Positions 1-9,478 of a stretch of 64,000 bases of DNA are shown piece after piece. The position numbers and the translations under genes are program-made. Below the pieces are notes generated by a model that saw only the letters and a list, made by a program, of their open reading frames with translations, was not told where the DNA came from and made no database searches. Within the stretch, counting starts at the first letter, position 1, and each line of letters starts with the position of its first letter. Source of the DNA: a virus. The DNA lies in the IMG/VR virus record IMGVR_UViG_3300027782_000035. The stretch is one strand, 5' to 3'.

Positions 1-445
1 CTCCGTCAGTTGGATCTTTTATCTTATCTACATTAGCATATACGAATGATGCTAAATTTAAGATATGATAATATAACTGATCTCCTCGTTGAGCTAGTAC
101 ATTGTCAAGAAACATCTTGCGTTCCTTATCTTGGCAATACCAAGAGAATTGACACGTGCTTTTAGTCTTTTGTGTAACTACCTCGCATATAGAAGATGGG
201 AATTCTTGGTTCCTAGTTCTATTAATAGTTACAAATGCTACTGCAATCTTACCAATATCTGGTTCGTGTGCAGATTCGAAATAAATGTTTTCAGCTAAAC
301 ACCTAATCTCTTTTTGAGTACTTGGTGTAAATGAATTGAATGTAACTTGTAAGTCAGACGGTTTAGAATGTGATATCGCGTACATATATGCGATAAATAT
401 CGTCACTAATGCTATAGCAGTTATAGCAATAATTTTTTTATGCAT
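1..445 (-). CDS. Cell wall hydrolase, SleB/CwlJ family (runs off window)
   Basis: Manual translation MHKKIIAITAIALV...CLAENIYFESAHEPDIGKIAVAFVTINR...FPSSICEVV...CQFSWYC is typical of the Hydrolase_2 family. Confidence 0.85.
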   Translation of the reverse strand, partial: MHKKIIAITAIALVTIFIAYMYAISHSKPSDLQVTFNSFTPSTQKEIRCLAENIYFESAHEPDIGKIAVAFVTINRTRNQEFPSSICEVVTQKTKSTCQFSWYCQDKERKMFLDNVLAQRGDQLYYHILNLASFVYANVDKIKDPTDG

Positions 446-496
446 TATATTGTCTCCTAGAGTAAAAGAAGGGACGAACGTCCCCTCTAATCCCGA

Positions 497-772
497 TCAG
501 GTGGACTTTTTGCTATTAGTCTTTATATCTAGTGGGATGTTTGAAACAAAACCATTAAGTGCCGTTGCTTTGACAATAATTTCTTGTTCAGTTGGGATAG
601 CAGGAAAACCTGGATGATCAGGAATTGTGCCTCCATTGAGTTTAGCAGATTCGACTTTCATATGCCAGTCGTTGCTAATTTGTTCACGCTTACCGAAATA
701 TTCATCGTTAAGCATGTCTTTCGCCATTTTTAGTAGTTCAAGGCGAATCTCGAACGGGGTCATATTACTCAT
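497..772 (-). CDS. Conserved T4-like phage hypothetical protein
   Basis: MTPFEIRLELLKMAKDML motif; AAGGAG SD upstream. Confidence 0.7.
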   Translation of the reverse strand: MSNMTPFEIRLELLKMAKDMLNDEYFGKREQISNDWHMKVESAKLNGGTIPDHPGFPAIPTEQEIIVKATALNGFVSNIPLDIKTNSKKST

Positions 773-853
773 ATTATACTCCTTGTGTGTTTATGAGTTG
801 TGTGTAATGATGGTTTTATTGGGATCCATCAACCCATTATTATTTATTACTTC

Positions 854-1033
854 TTATTTCTTAGCTTCGGCTTTCTTCTCTACCTTCTTCTCATCTTTCT
901 TAGCATCTGCTTTTGCAGGTGCTGGAGCAGTAGTTGCAGCTGGTGCAGCAGCAGGTGCTGGTGCTTTGGCTGGCTCTGCAGCGAAAGAGGTCAAAGCGAA
1001 TGCGGACAAAATTGTAGCGATCAATGTTTTCAT
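854..1033 (-). CDS. Small secreted Ala/Pro/Lys-rich protein (59 aa, not in ORF track)
   Basis: MKTLIATILSAFALTSFA signal peptide followed by AEPAKAPAPAAAPAATTAPAPAKADAKKDEKK; AAGGA SD. Confidence 0.75.
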   Translation of the reverse strand: MKTLIATILSAFALTSFAAEPAKAPAPAAAPAATTAPAPAKADAKKDEKKVEKKAEAKK

Positions 1034-1181
1034 ATCATTTCCTTAGAAAATTAAAAAGTTAAACTATCAAATTCATCAGCTTCGTCACTATCGTTTCAGT
1101 ACAAGATACTAAGGTATCGGTGGCTGGCGAATAGCAAGGACTAACTAAAGATAGGTTTTGAAGAGACCTATAACTCTCAAA

Positions 1182-1631
1182 TTAAAACGAGTATTTCAAA
1201 CCAACTGCAATTTGATTACCATCAAATGCATTTACACTTTTCTGACCTTCTTGACGGCGCCAATCAATCGTTGCGGCCAAATTCTTGGCAACAGGAACAG
1301 AACCACCGACACCAGCAGTAACGGCATAACCATCAGCACCAGTTTGATTCATCAAATATGCAACGCCACCTTTTACTGCAACAGTAACAGGTCCGACTTT
1401 CGTAACATCATATGAACCAACTAAACTATAACGGTCTTGGTCATTTGTCCCTTGAACGAAACGAGTGTAACCGGCTTCAACACCAATAGCACCAAATTTT
1501 TCACCTAAAGTAATACCATAACCTGTGCGGTCGGCACTACCAGAATAATCACGGGTACCGTTTACACCAACTTCTACTGCTGATGCTGATAATGCCAAAG
1601 TGGCCAATGTTGCAAATAAAACTTTTTTCAA
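1182..1631 (-). CDS. Outer-membrane beta-barrel protein (OmpA-TM/Ail-Lom-like)
   Basis: Signal peptide, alternating beta strands, C-terminal VGLKYSF BamA signal. Confidence 0.8.
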   Translation of the reverse strand: MKKVLFATLATLALSASAVEVGVNGTRDYSGSADRTGYGITLGEKFGAIGVEAGYTRFVQGTNDQDRYSLVGSYDVTKVGPVTVAVKGGVAYLMNQTGADGYAVTAGVGGSVPVAKNLAATIDWRRQEGQKSVNAFDGNQIAVGLKYSF

Positions 1632-1654
1632 AATAAACTCCTTGTTGTTAATAG

Positions 1655-1990
1655 TGGTTAGTTATTCTGTTACGAGGAAACTAACCGAAACCCTAAGCTG
1701 CGTTTAAGCTGCTAATGCGAACTGTGAGTCGTTTGCGTTTACTTTTTTTGCTTGATTAACGGTCATCGCCTACCGTGTTGCCGTCGCCACTATCTAGCCC
1801 TGTCGAAACTATGCAGGCCCATCAGAAAGACACTTATGTTTAGTTAACCCTTTATCCCTTACCCACTCAAATCTAATAAAACAGGTTGGGCATAATGCAG
1901 TATATCTATGTTTCATAATTATCTTTTTGGTGGACCTGGGGGGATTCGCACCCCCGTCCAGAACTCCTTCGCTTTGAAGGGATTACAACA
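1655..1990 (-). ncRNA. ssrA: tmRNA, circularly permuted two-piece form (acceptor piece ~1990-1928; coding piece 1820-~1655; tag ANDSQFALAA at 1736-1704)
   Basis: 3' end CAGGUCC-ACCA lies upstream of 5' end GGGCCUG, giving a 7-bp acceptor stem with G3.U70; UUCGAC after the 5' stem; tag ends ALAA-stop. Outer ends approximate. Confidence 0.9.
1809..1916 (-). CDS. Possible 35-aa Cys/His peptide inside the tmRNA intervening segment
   Basis: MKHRYTALCPTCFIRFEWVRDKGLTKHKCLSDGPA; no clear SD. Confidence 0.3.
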   Translation of the reverse strand: MKHRYTALCPTCFIRFEWVRDKGLTKHKCLSDGPA

Positions 1991-1992
1991 AT

Positions 1993-2559
1993 TCAATAAC
2001 TGACTGATAACCTATCAGTCAGTGTAAACTCTCTGTCTCTTACAAATGCAGTCAAAATATATTTTGACCCTGCGATCACACTTTCACCTTGATGAATCAT
2101 TGGTTCTTGTGTGTTGTATTTATAAACAACACAACTGCCACGCCGGGGTTTGATTCTCAAATTGTTTTTGGCAAAAACTGTGCAACCACCTTCAAAATCA
2201 TCATTGAGATACATGATCATTGTGGCTGTTCTTTGCGACGCAAAGCCCGACGTCAAGTCTGTGTGCCAATTGAAATAGTCTCCAACATCATATCTAATGA
2301 GAGGCATGGGTTCAATTTGCTGGATATTTTTAATATTAAAAAAATCTGCCACTCGCTTGGTCAACAAGTCAAAGTACTCATCATTGCCATATTCAATTCT
2401 GTGAGTTTTGCATTTTCTAATGTCATGGTATTCCAACTGACCGTTACGATGAACTTGACCATTTTTCCAATCGTAGTGCTTGGAAAAAATCTTGACAAGA
2501 TCTTGATCACTCAGCCAATTGTCATACTGCACAATTGAAGAACCATGGTGTGTTATCAT
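1993..2559 (-). CDS. 2OG-Fe(II) oxygenase (prolyl 4-hydroxylase-like)
   Basis: HxD (WHTD), YLNDDFEGG, distal H and K.ILT motifs. Confidence 0.85.
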   Translation of the reverse strand: MITHHGSSIVQYDNWLSDQDLVKIFSKHYDWKNGQVHRNGQLEYHDIRKCKTHRIEYGNDEYFDLLTKRVADFFNIKNIQQIEPMPLIRYDVGDYFNWHTDLTSGFASQRTATMIMYLNDDFEGGCTVFAKNNLRIKPRRGSCVVYKYNTQEPMIHQGESVIAGSKYILTAFVRDREFTLTDRLSVSY

Positions 2560-2642
2560 TGCACTTTTCTCTTTACTTCATACAGCAATATAGTTTATTA
2601 TATATTATATATTATCAATGATTATTGTGGAAATTAATTTTA

Positions 2643-3296
2643 TCAATTTCCTTTAAGCTTAAAGTACTCTTCACGCAACTCAAGAAATTTTCCAATCCAA
2701 TCATCACGCTTTTCGATAAACACTGAAGCTTCTGGTTGTTCATCTACTGTCATAAGGATAACTAGTCTATCAACAGGAATCCCAGTACGCTCCTCAAACA
2801 TTACTGCGTACGCAGACGTTTGCATAAAATACCCATGAATATCGTCTCGAGCTTTAGCTCTCTTAGAGGTCTTAAAATCAATGACAGACATTCTTCCATC
2901 GTATTCTGCAATACAATCTACAGTTCCAGCAACTCTTAGATGATCTGAATATAATTGGGTTTCAAGACAGTGCACATTATCTATTCTGCACAACTCAGGT
3001 ACAATTGAATTCCACGTTTCGACCTCAAACATGTCGCAGTTGACGTCTTTGTTATTGAGGAAGTCTTCGCAAAGTGAGTGAACTCTTGTTCCTCGCTTTG
3101 TTGCTTTAGCGGAGACGCGGTTTGCTTCTTCCTCTCCGACTCGCTTTCGCCATGCGAAGATTGCTTCCTTTCCGTGCAATCCTGTGACGGACGTGACGGA
3201 AGGATAGGCTTTACCGTTTGGTGTTTGGTAGACTCTACCTTTGTCGGAATCAATACGCTTGAGTTTAGCGATATCATGATGTATATGTGTTATCAT
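2643..3296 (-). CDS. PD-(D/E)XK exonuclease (Cas4/RecB-like, T4-like phage type)
   Basis: YPSVTSV, RGTRVH, AGTVDCI, IDFKTS, Q..AY motifs. Confidence 0.85.
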   Translation of the reverse strand: MITHIHHDIAKLKRIDSDKGRVYQTPNGKAYPSVTSVTGLHGKEAIFAWRKRVGEEEANRVSAKATKRGTRVHSLCEDFLNNKDVNCDMFEVETWNSIVPELCRIDNVHCLETQLYSDHLRVAGTVDCIAEYDGRMSVIDFKTSKRAKARDDIHGYFMQTSAYAVMFEERTGIPVDRLVILMTVDEQPEASVFIEKRDDWIGKFLELREEYFKLKGN

Positions 3297-4048
3297 TCAA
3301 TATGGTCTTCATATTTCAATTTTGCAAGGATGTAATCCTTAACTAGGGAACTGCGAACAATGTCGTTTACAGTAAATTCAATTTTCGTAAACGCATCCAT
3401 ATGATATGCAATATCAAAGAATTTTAAGATACCACTTACGTCATTCTTCTTTTTATTTAGATCAGTCTGACGATAATCGCCACACCAAATAATTTTAGAG
3501 CGATAACCAACACGAGTCATAACAGTATCGATTTCTTCAAATGTCATATTTTGCATTTCATCCACGATAATAATAGCGTCATCAAAAGACATACCGCGAA
3601 TGAATGATGTAGAGATAAACTCTATATGGTTTTGTTCCTCTAACCTATCCCATGCATCTCTTCGACCAAAGAGAGTTTCACATATCTGACGATATGGTTG
3701 CTGATAGATTTCCATTTTCTCATCAACACTACCAGGAAGATGTCCAATTTCACGAGATTGAACAGCAGAACGAACAATGATTATTTTACTGAATGGATTT
3801 GATTTATCGAGAACTTCTTCAATTGCTTTATAAAGTGCACAGAATGTTTTACCAGTTCCTGCTACTCCATGAAGTGCTACAAAATAATCTCCTCTTTTAT
3901 AGGCATCAAAAAATATTTTTTGATTATCAGTAAGAGGCTGAAAAGTTTTAAGATCATCTATTCTTATCTTGAGAGAATTAGTAGATCTAGTCGGTCTTTC
4001 ACCTTGTTCATTATCAACTATTTTCAGAGGCGGTTTCTTAATAGCCAT
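3293..4048 (-). CDS. phoH: PhoH-family ATPase
   Basis: GVAGTGKT, IGHLPG, FIRGMSF, IIVDEMQN, TRVG, GD..QTDL. Confidence 0.95.
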   Translation of the reverse strand: MAIKKPPLKIVDNEQGERPTRSTNSLKIRIDDLKTFQPLTDNQKIFFDAYKRGDYFVALHGVAGTGKTFCALYKAIEEVLDKSNPFSKIIIVRSAVQSREIGHLPGSVDEKMEIYQQPYRQICETLFGRRDAWDRLEEQNHIEFISTSFIRGMSFDDAIIIVDEMQNMTFEEIDTVMTRVGYRSKIIWCGDYRQTDLNKKKNDVSGILKFFDIAYHMDAFTKIEFTVNDIVRSSLVKDYILAKLKYEDHIE

Positions 4049-4066
4049 GTCTTCTCCTGTTAGTTG

Positions 4067-4306
4067 TTAGATTACATTCATTTTTTTCAGGTCGCTTCCT
4101 GGTGTCCTTTGATGTATTCTCTGTAGAACGTCTCTGAAGCCCGTGTCACGACCACGGCCAAGCCTTACTGAATCGCCAATTGCTGGCGCAGTAATGACAG
4201 ATTCAAGATGGGGATTTTGTTTTAGATATTCTTCTCGAGCAGAGATTGACATTATCTGATCAAATTGTTCGAGAGTGTCTTTGTTACGGAAGGTGTAAGT
4301 GGGCAT
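4067..4306 (-). CDS. FmdB-like small phage protein
   Basis: MPTYTFRNKDT...EEYLKQNPHL; start reassigned to the MPTY Met. Confidence 0.6.
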   Translation of the reverse strand: MPTYTFRNKDTLEQFDQIMSISAREEYLKQNPHLESVITAPAIGDSVRLGRGRDTGFRDVLQRIHQRTPGSDLKKMNVI

Positions 4307-4940
4307 TCTTAGATTCATAAAGAGGCATTGATATAAAGCGATCCTTTTTATCATCACGTAGGATGTAACAGGCATCTCCATATAAGGTATTTATACCATC
4401 AGCAAACCACGTAGGCATTGGAGAGTTGGTCCAACGAGACATTTTTACTTTGTCGTTGAGATAGTAATTGCGATAAGATGTAATTGAATCGCCTAGAACT
4501 TTATAATCTTCCGGCATTGCAGGAGTAGGTTCAGTAAACTCGCCATCTGGAATATTGCAAGGCTTAATTATTGATAGAGTATCGAGCAACAAATCGCGTT
4601 CAACTTTGTGAACTTTATTATAACGATACGTGTATTCCTTGCAGCATTCATCAAGAAGTTTAGTAAGCCAAACGTAATTTGCTTTTGACTTTCTTACCCA
4701 TACTGCCGAAGGATGATTGATATGAGTAGCCTTATACAATGTATAATCACGGCTATCACCTAGTGTCCAGAATTTCTTTTTTCTTCCTGAATCAGAAAGA
4801 CCAATGAGTTCTACACCATCAAGAACACGATGAGCAGTAGAAAGTAATTGAGCATATTCAAGAATCATTTTTACGACATGTTTGTCGTTGTGCATTTTAG
4901 CGCACAGTTCAGGATCATTGTCTAAATAGAAGATGTTCAT
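4284..4940 (-). CDS. Pyrimidine-dimer DNA glycosylase-like protein (DenV/PDG superfamily)
   Basis: MNIFYLD...DKHVVKMILEYAQLLSTAH, THINHPSAVW, YRNYY. Confidence 0.75.
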   Translation of the reverse strand: MNIFYLDNDPELCAKMHNDKHVVKMILEYAQLLSTAHRVLDGVELIGLSDSGRKKKFWTLGDSRDYTLYKATHINHPSAVWVRKSKANYVWLTKLLDECCKEYTYRYNKVHKVERDLLLDTLSIIKPCNIPDGEFTEPTPAMPEDYKVLGDSITSYRNYYLNDKVKMSRWTNSPMPTWFADGINTLYGDACYILRDDKKDRFISMPLYESKNAHLHLP

Positions 4941-4957
4941 TTTTCTTCCTCAAGTTT

Positions 4958-5455
4958 TTAGTTACCACCATTCCACTCCAAGTTGAGACGTGCTAATTCG
5001 TTAATAGTAGCGTCTATATCATGATGTAGAATAGCCGTACCACCTGCAGTACGATATTTTTCTACTACATGCTCGGTGTCATCAACCAAGATATTCCAAG
5101 GTGAAGCAAACTCAGCTTTCTTAGATCCACCTGGAACAATGTTAGCTTTGTACATGATACTGTTATTGCGAAGCCAAGCATTCTTTTGGGCAGTCACACA
5201 CTCATGATGCTTTTGACCACCTGACGATGATAAGATCTCAACTGGAACTTTAAGTTCATGTATGAACTGTAGAAGCTTGTCAGCATTTGGCATTTTAGGT
5301 TGTTTTACGAAGTTACCACCAGTAACGTATACATCCCAATTCTTCCAGAATTCTTTCTGACGGCGTTGAACATCAGAAGGTCTTTGTCCAAACAGCGACT
5401 CGTACTGAGCAGTAAAATCGGCGATTACGCCATCCATGTCAAGATATATTTTCAT
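4958..5455 (-). CDS. HAD-family 5'(3')-deoxyribonucleotidase
   Basis: IYLDMDGVIADF, ILSS, K..W, ILVDD. Confidence 0.85.
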   Translation of the reverse strand: MKIYLDMDGVIADFTAQYESLFGQRPSDVQRRQKEFWKNWDVYVTGGNFVKQPKMPNADKLLQFIHELKVPVEILSSSGGQKHHECVTAQKNAWLRNNSIMYKANIVPGGSKKAEFASPWNILVDDTEHVVEKYRTAGGTAILHHDIDATINELARLNLEWNGGN

Positions 5456-5480
5456 ATTATAATTATAACACTACTATGAA

Positions 5481-5765
5481 TTATGGTACAGGCTTATTTC
5501 TTTCTGTATCAAAATAATATTCAGAATGTTCTACTTCCTCTTCAGTTTCTTCCGATTGTCCAACCCAATCTGGAAATTGCTCGTCAACGAAATCAAGATG
5601 ACCATCGAAGTAGAAGCCGCATCCTCTTAGAAATGTTTCAAACTTTTCTAACATTTGAGGTAGAGCAATATCACCTTCAAATTCGATTGTCACAGTTTCC
5701 TTTGGAGAGGAAGTATGCATTCCTGTATAACCAGGATATTCTTGCTTAAGTGTATATTTTGTCAT
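5481..5765 (-). CDS. Hypothetical phage protein
   Basis: FETFLRGCGF motif; ATGA-coupled to upstream gene. Confidence 0.65.
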   Translation of the reverse strand: MTKYTLKQEYPGYTGMHTSSPKETVTIEFEGDIALPQMLEKFETFLRGCGFYFDGHLDFVDEQFPDWVGQSEETEEEVEHSEYYFDTERNKPVP

Positions 5766-6205
5766 TTTACAATATCTCCATTTTCATCGATTTTAGTAAC
5801 TAATTTACTTACTTTAAGTTCATCTTCCCAGCTTTTTAGATAGTCGTTATCTTCATTAAAAACTCGAAGGTATTCTTCTCTATCGATTACTCGATGAGAT
5901 ACAATTTGTTCACCAAGGTGTTCTTGAGAGAATTCTTCAGCTTCATTCATAGTCACAGTATCAAGCGCCCATTCTTTCTTCCCCTTTGGTACTTCTACTA
6001 CATAACGCATACGAAATGTAGATACACATTCAACCATCACTAATTCTGTTTCCATTTCTTTCTTTCTTAAGATCCAAGTGCCATCTTCATTATCAATCCA
6101 TTCGACAGTATCGCCGATCTTCCATCCAAGTTCATCAAAAATTTTATCACCGAGTGGAAGAATCAACTCACCATTTTCATCTTTTTCAATAGTAACTATA
6201 GTCAT
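5762..6205 (-). CDS. Protein with N-terminal AbrB/MazE-like domain
   Basis: GELILPL...ELGWKIGDTVEW. Confidence 0.6.
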   Translation of the reverse strand: MTIVTIEKDENGELILPLGDKIFDELGWKIGDTVEWIDNEDGTWILRKKEMETELVMVECVSTFRMRYVVEVPKGKKEWALDTVTMNEAEEFSQEHLGEQIVSHRVIDREEYLRVFNEDNDYLKSWEDELKVSKLVTKIDENGDIVK

Positions 6206-6615
6206 TTAGTTTGCTCCGCTAACAGTTTATAACCTTTTCCAGTTGGATGCACTCCATCTGAACTCATGTGATTCATAGGCCTAGACAATATGACATCTCC
6301 ATACTCAACTGCAATTTTTGACATTGCTTCATGAGGAATAGGCTTACGATCTTTTCCAGGATCAATCCAAAAGACACGTTTACCTTTTATAGATTCACGC
6401 ATCTTTCTAAGTTCCTTTTCCGTTTTAACACCTTTATGATCATTAGCTCCAAGACTAATGATAATAGTTTCACGATAGTTGGCAGCAGCTTCAGAAAGAT
6501 AATCCTTATTCCACTGCCAACTATTCCAACCACCTTTAGCGTATGCTACGCACTCTTTACGTTGAATAGCTACGCCAACTGCGATACTATCGCCAATAAT
6601 CATACAATCAATCAT
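6202..6615 (-). CDS. SGNH/GDSL hydrolase-like protein
   Basis: IIGDSIA, SLGAND, DGVHP. Confidence 0.75.
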   Translation of the reverse strand: MIDCMIIGDSIAVGVAIQRKECVAYAKGGWNSWQWNKDYLSEAAANYRETIIISLGANDHKGVKTEKELRKMRESIKGKRVFWIDPGKDRKPIPHEAMSKIAVEYGDVILSRPMNHMSSDGVHPTGKGYKLLAEQTK

Positions 6616-7529
6616 ACTTCAATACACTTTAATTCAAAATGATCAGCACGACCTTCGTAGTTGATATAACCACGAGGATTACAAACAATGCGAGTAGATC
6701 CAACCATATAATCAAAATCTTCGTGAGTGTGGCCGTGAGTCCACAATTTGATTTGCGGATGATCGAGAATAAACTCTGATAGATCTGAAGAGTAGCCACC
6801 ATTCATAATTGCTTCTTTAGCATATCGAGGATGAGTAGATAATTTACTTGGAGCATGATGTCCAGCTACAACAAACTTTTTATCGTGCTTTCCTTCTACG
6901 ACTGTACGGATATATCCAACAGTATACTTAAAATCTTCTACTGCATCTTCAGGAGAGAAGTGTGCATCACGAGTTTTGAACTCGGCCTGTGTCATTGCAC
7001 GGCCGTCTTCTCCATAGCGCACTTTTCCGTTCTCGTCTAATAGAGGAACGTAAGTTTTGTATGAAACTTGACGACTTGAATTATCAACGCATCGGAAGTC
7101 GTTCATCATACGTGTCATGGCATGTAGAGTGAGAGGATCTTCCTTGTTCATATCAGTCCAAAGAGTTGCGCCAATGAAAGTTACATCATCGATAACTTTG
7201 CATTCTTTATCGAGAAGATAAACGTTACTAAGCATGTTAGATTCTAACATAGACTTGAGTTTAGTTGCACTTTTGGCAAAGTCACCATTGTAGTGCTCGT
7301 GATTCCCCATGATATAGACAACATGGGGAAATTGAAAAGAACAACGCTTGAAGAAATCTACAATGCGATTACTACGAGCGCCTTCTAGGATGTTGTGTGG
7401 GTCAGGTCGACCAATGTCGGCAACAACACAGATGTCACCGCTGAGAATCAGCACATCAGCGTTCTCAGTGTTTTGTAAATTGATATCACCAAATTCAAGA
7501 TGAATATCGGATGCTAATGCTATTTTCAT
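6612..7529 (-). CDS. Calcineurin-like metallophosphoesterase
   Basis: SDIHLE, GD, GNHEHY, HHAP, HGHTH, NPRGY. Confidence 0.9.
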   Translation of the reverse strand: MKIALASDIHLEFGDINLQNTENADVLILSGDICVVADIGRPDPHNILEGARSNRIVDFFKRCSFQFPHVVYIMGNHEHYNGDFAKSATKLKSMLESNMLSNVYLLDKECKVIDDVTFIGATLWTDMNKEDPLTLHAMTRMMNDFRCVDNSSRQVSYKTYVPLLDENGKVRYGEDGRAMTQAEFKTRDAHFSPEDAVEDFKYTVGYIRTVVEGKHDKKFVVAGHHAPSKLSTHPRYAKEAIMNGGYSSDLSEFILDHPQIKLWTHGHTHEDFDYMVGSTRIVCNPRGYINYEGRADHFELKCIEV

Positions 7530-7535
7530 AGGTTA

Positions 7536-7564
7536 ATTATACCATAGTCATGAATATTTGTACA
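7536..7564 (-). promoter_or_regulatory. Phage early promoter
   Basis: TGTACA-N17-TATAAT repeat family. Confidence 0.7.
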
Positions 7565-7702
7565 ACGATTATTGTTGAATTCTAATCTTAGTGAGAAGAA
7601 TTCTAATTTGTTCTTGAAGCTCAGGGTTCGATTCATGCGTTTTCAAGTAGAGAAGTTTATCAATGAGAGCTGCTCTTATTATCTTAGCTTCTTCAGGAGT
7701 CA

Positions 7703-8365
7703 TTAGTCCCACAGTCCTTCATAGTACTTGCCAAACAAGCGAAATCCATTTGTCATACGTGTTTGATGCGCATCCATACCTTCTTGATCAACTTTGAAAG
7801 TATCATTAGGACCACTGCGCATTTCGAAGTATTTGGCATTTTTCTTCTCAACTTCGTTTCCGTCTTTGTCGACAGGCACTATCAGCATATCATGGTTTCC
7901 AGAATAATACTGATCAGTCCAATCGCAATCGGGATGTTTCTGTTCGAAGGCCCAAATCATTTCGTCCATGACCCAATCCCAACGTTTGAAGTGATTATCA
8001 TCAGTATCGTACTCATTTTCCTTGGCAGGAGCGCTAGTAGACTTCAATTCTACGGGCACATCCTCATCGTCAACGTTTGGAGCACCATGTTTATCGGTTT
8101 TAAGCTGTTTTAGCATTGGAACGATGATTCGAGTAAGGGTTCCATCCATATTCCAAGTGTCATAACGGTCAATTTTGACGTATGCAACATGGGGATGCAC
8201 AAAATCGAGGAATTTTTGCCATACGCGGCAAAAAGGCTCTAGTCGATTGGACCATTTTTCGATCATAGGCTCATCATAGTCAATTTCGCGCCAAAAAATC
8301 ACTTTTTCAAGAATAGTGTAGGGCGAAAGCCAGTGATTTCTGTAATTCGAAAAGTAAATTTTCAT
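7703..8365 (-). CDS. Conserved phage hypothetical protein
   Basis: YDTWNMD..L, RWDWVMDEMIWAF, GFRLFGKYY..LWD. Confidence 0.75.
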   Translation of the reverse strand: MKIYFSNYRNHWLSPYTILEKVIFWREIDYDEPMIEKWSNRLEPFCRVWQKFLDFVHPHVAYVKIDRYDTWNMDGTLTRIIVPMLKQLKTDKHGAPNVDDEDVPVELKSTSAPAKENEYDTDDNHFKRWDWVMDEMIWAFEQKHPDCDWTDQYYSGNHDMLIVPVDKDGNEVEKKNAKYFEMRSGPNDTFKVDQEGMDAHQTRMTNGFRLFGKYYEGLWD

Positions 8366-8375
8366 TTTTATCCTT

Positions 8376-8660
8376 TTATAACATTCTAATCAAACCAATA
8401 GTATCTATTGTCGTCAACAAGACATAGTTAGTAAGCATCCCAAAAGATTTCCGAGTATAAGCAGCCCAAGCATACATGGCGCAACCAGCAATCCAAGCAG
8501 GATAAAGAGCAAGAAGTGGGGGATGAGGGACAGTAAGAGCCATAGTGATAGAGCACCCAATACTAATAGCCCAAGCAAGCAACTCAATAACAAAACGAAA
8601 CTTATTACTGTACCAGTCATTGCGAATCCATTCAAATGTAGGTCTAAAGAGTTCAATCAT
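8376..8660 (-). CDS. Small membrane protein
   Basis: Three hydrophobic segments. Confidence 0.7.
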   Translation of the reverse strand: MIELFRPTFEWIRNDWYSNKFRFVIELLAWAISIGCSITMALTVPHPPLLALYPAWIAGCAMYAWAAYTRKSFGMLTNYVLLTTIDTIGLIRML

Positions 8661-8666
8661 TAACCT

Positions 8667-8978
8667 TTATCTCCATGTTCTATGTCTCTCGGCAACCCAC
8701 TCGCTGCCATCATATTCCTCGATGTACCAATTCACATCTTCAGGAATCTCGACGATACTAAGTTCGGCGCTATCGCCATTGGCTTCTTCACCTAGCTTCT
8801 CGACGATCTCGATTAGAAGAGGGTCGTCGCGGCAGAGTTCGCGCTCGTGAAAGTTAGAATAGTATCCCCATCTTTCCCACTTACCAGGATCGATATTTTT
8901 CTGCACGCAGTACATGTCTTGAGCCTTTTGCGAAAGACCGAATCCGCCATGGCACGCGTTAATAACGATTTTTTTCAT
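8667..8978 (-). CDS. Conserved phage hypothetical protein
   Basis: IVIN.CHGGFGLS, R.DP.L...VE.LG, IEEYDG.EWV. Confidence 0.75.
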   Translation of the reverse strand: MKKIVINACHGGFGLSQKAQDMYCVQKNIDPGKWERWGYYSNFHERELCRDDPLLIEIVEKLGEEANGDSAELSIVEIPEDVNWYIEEYDGSEWVAERHRTWR

Positions 8979-9187
8979 ACTTCTCCTCCGTAGTATCTAA
9001 TGATATTTTTCAAAGAATAGATCAGCTGGTGATTCCTAACAACGTCTTCCTCGTGAAGATACTGCCCATCCTCGATGTGAGCGCGGAGTTCTTCTTTGAG
9101 ATAGTCGTAGTGATCCTGAAGACTAAGCCTCGTGATACTTTCAGCAGTGTCGCTATCAATTTCGATTTTTCTATTCATTTGATTTCC
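8975..9187 (-). CDS. Hypothetical protein
   Basis: Coupled ORF; start uncertain. Confidence 0.55.
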   Translation of the reverse strand, partial: GNQMNRKIEIDSDTAESITRLSLQDHYDYLKEELRAHIEDGQYLHEEDVVRNHQLIYSLKNIIRYYGGEV

Positions 9188-9244
9188 ATAACGTGAGACC
9201 ACCTCGCAACACTTAATAAGGTCGGGGGATTTTTTTATAGTTTA

Positions 9245-9478
9245 TTATATACCATTCTCGATTATTTGTACACCGAATTGATTTGTTTCTACAGCCCAGT
9301 GTACTACCTTCCAATCATCAAGCATACTATCATCCGACATCAGATGTGCCTTATCAGCTTGAATCATCATATAGATCCAGTTGCGAGCCCAAGCGCATGC
9401 GAGAATTTGTTTCTCAGACCAAGTTTCAACAACATGCTGGCCCTCCTCGCCGGGAAATGATATCGTCCAGTACTTCAT
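9245..9478 (-). CDS. Hypothetical protein
   Basis: ATGA-coupled ORF MKYWTISFP. Confidence 0.6.
   Translation of the reverse strand: MKYWTISFPGEEGQHVVETWSEKQILACAWARNWIYMMIQADKAHLMSDDSMLDDWKVVHWAVETNQFGVQIIENGI

Noticed and set aside
336-1415. Plus-strand ORFs 336-617, 627-1046, 800-1054, 1158-1415 and similar antisense ORFs throughout the window
   Set aside because: Shadows of well-supported genes on the opposite strand.
2643-3296. Cas4-like nuclease as evidence of CRISPR-Cas
   Set aside because: Stand-alone exonuclease next to phoH, as is common in T4-like phages; no array or cas operon.
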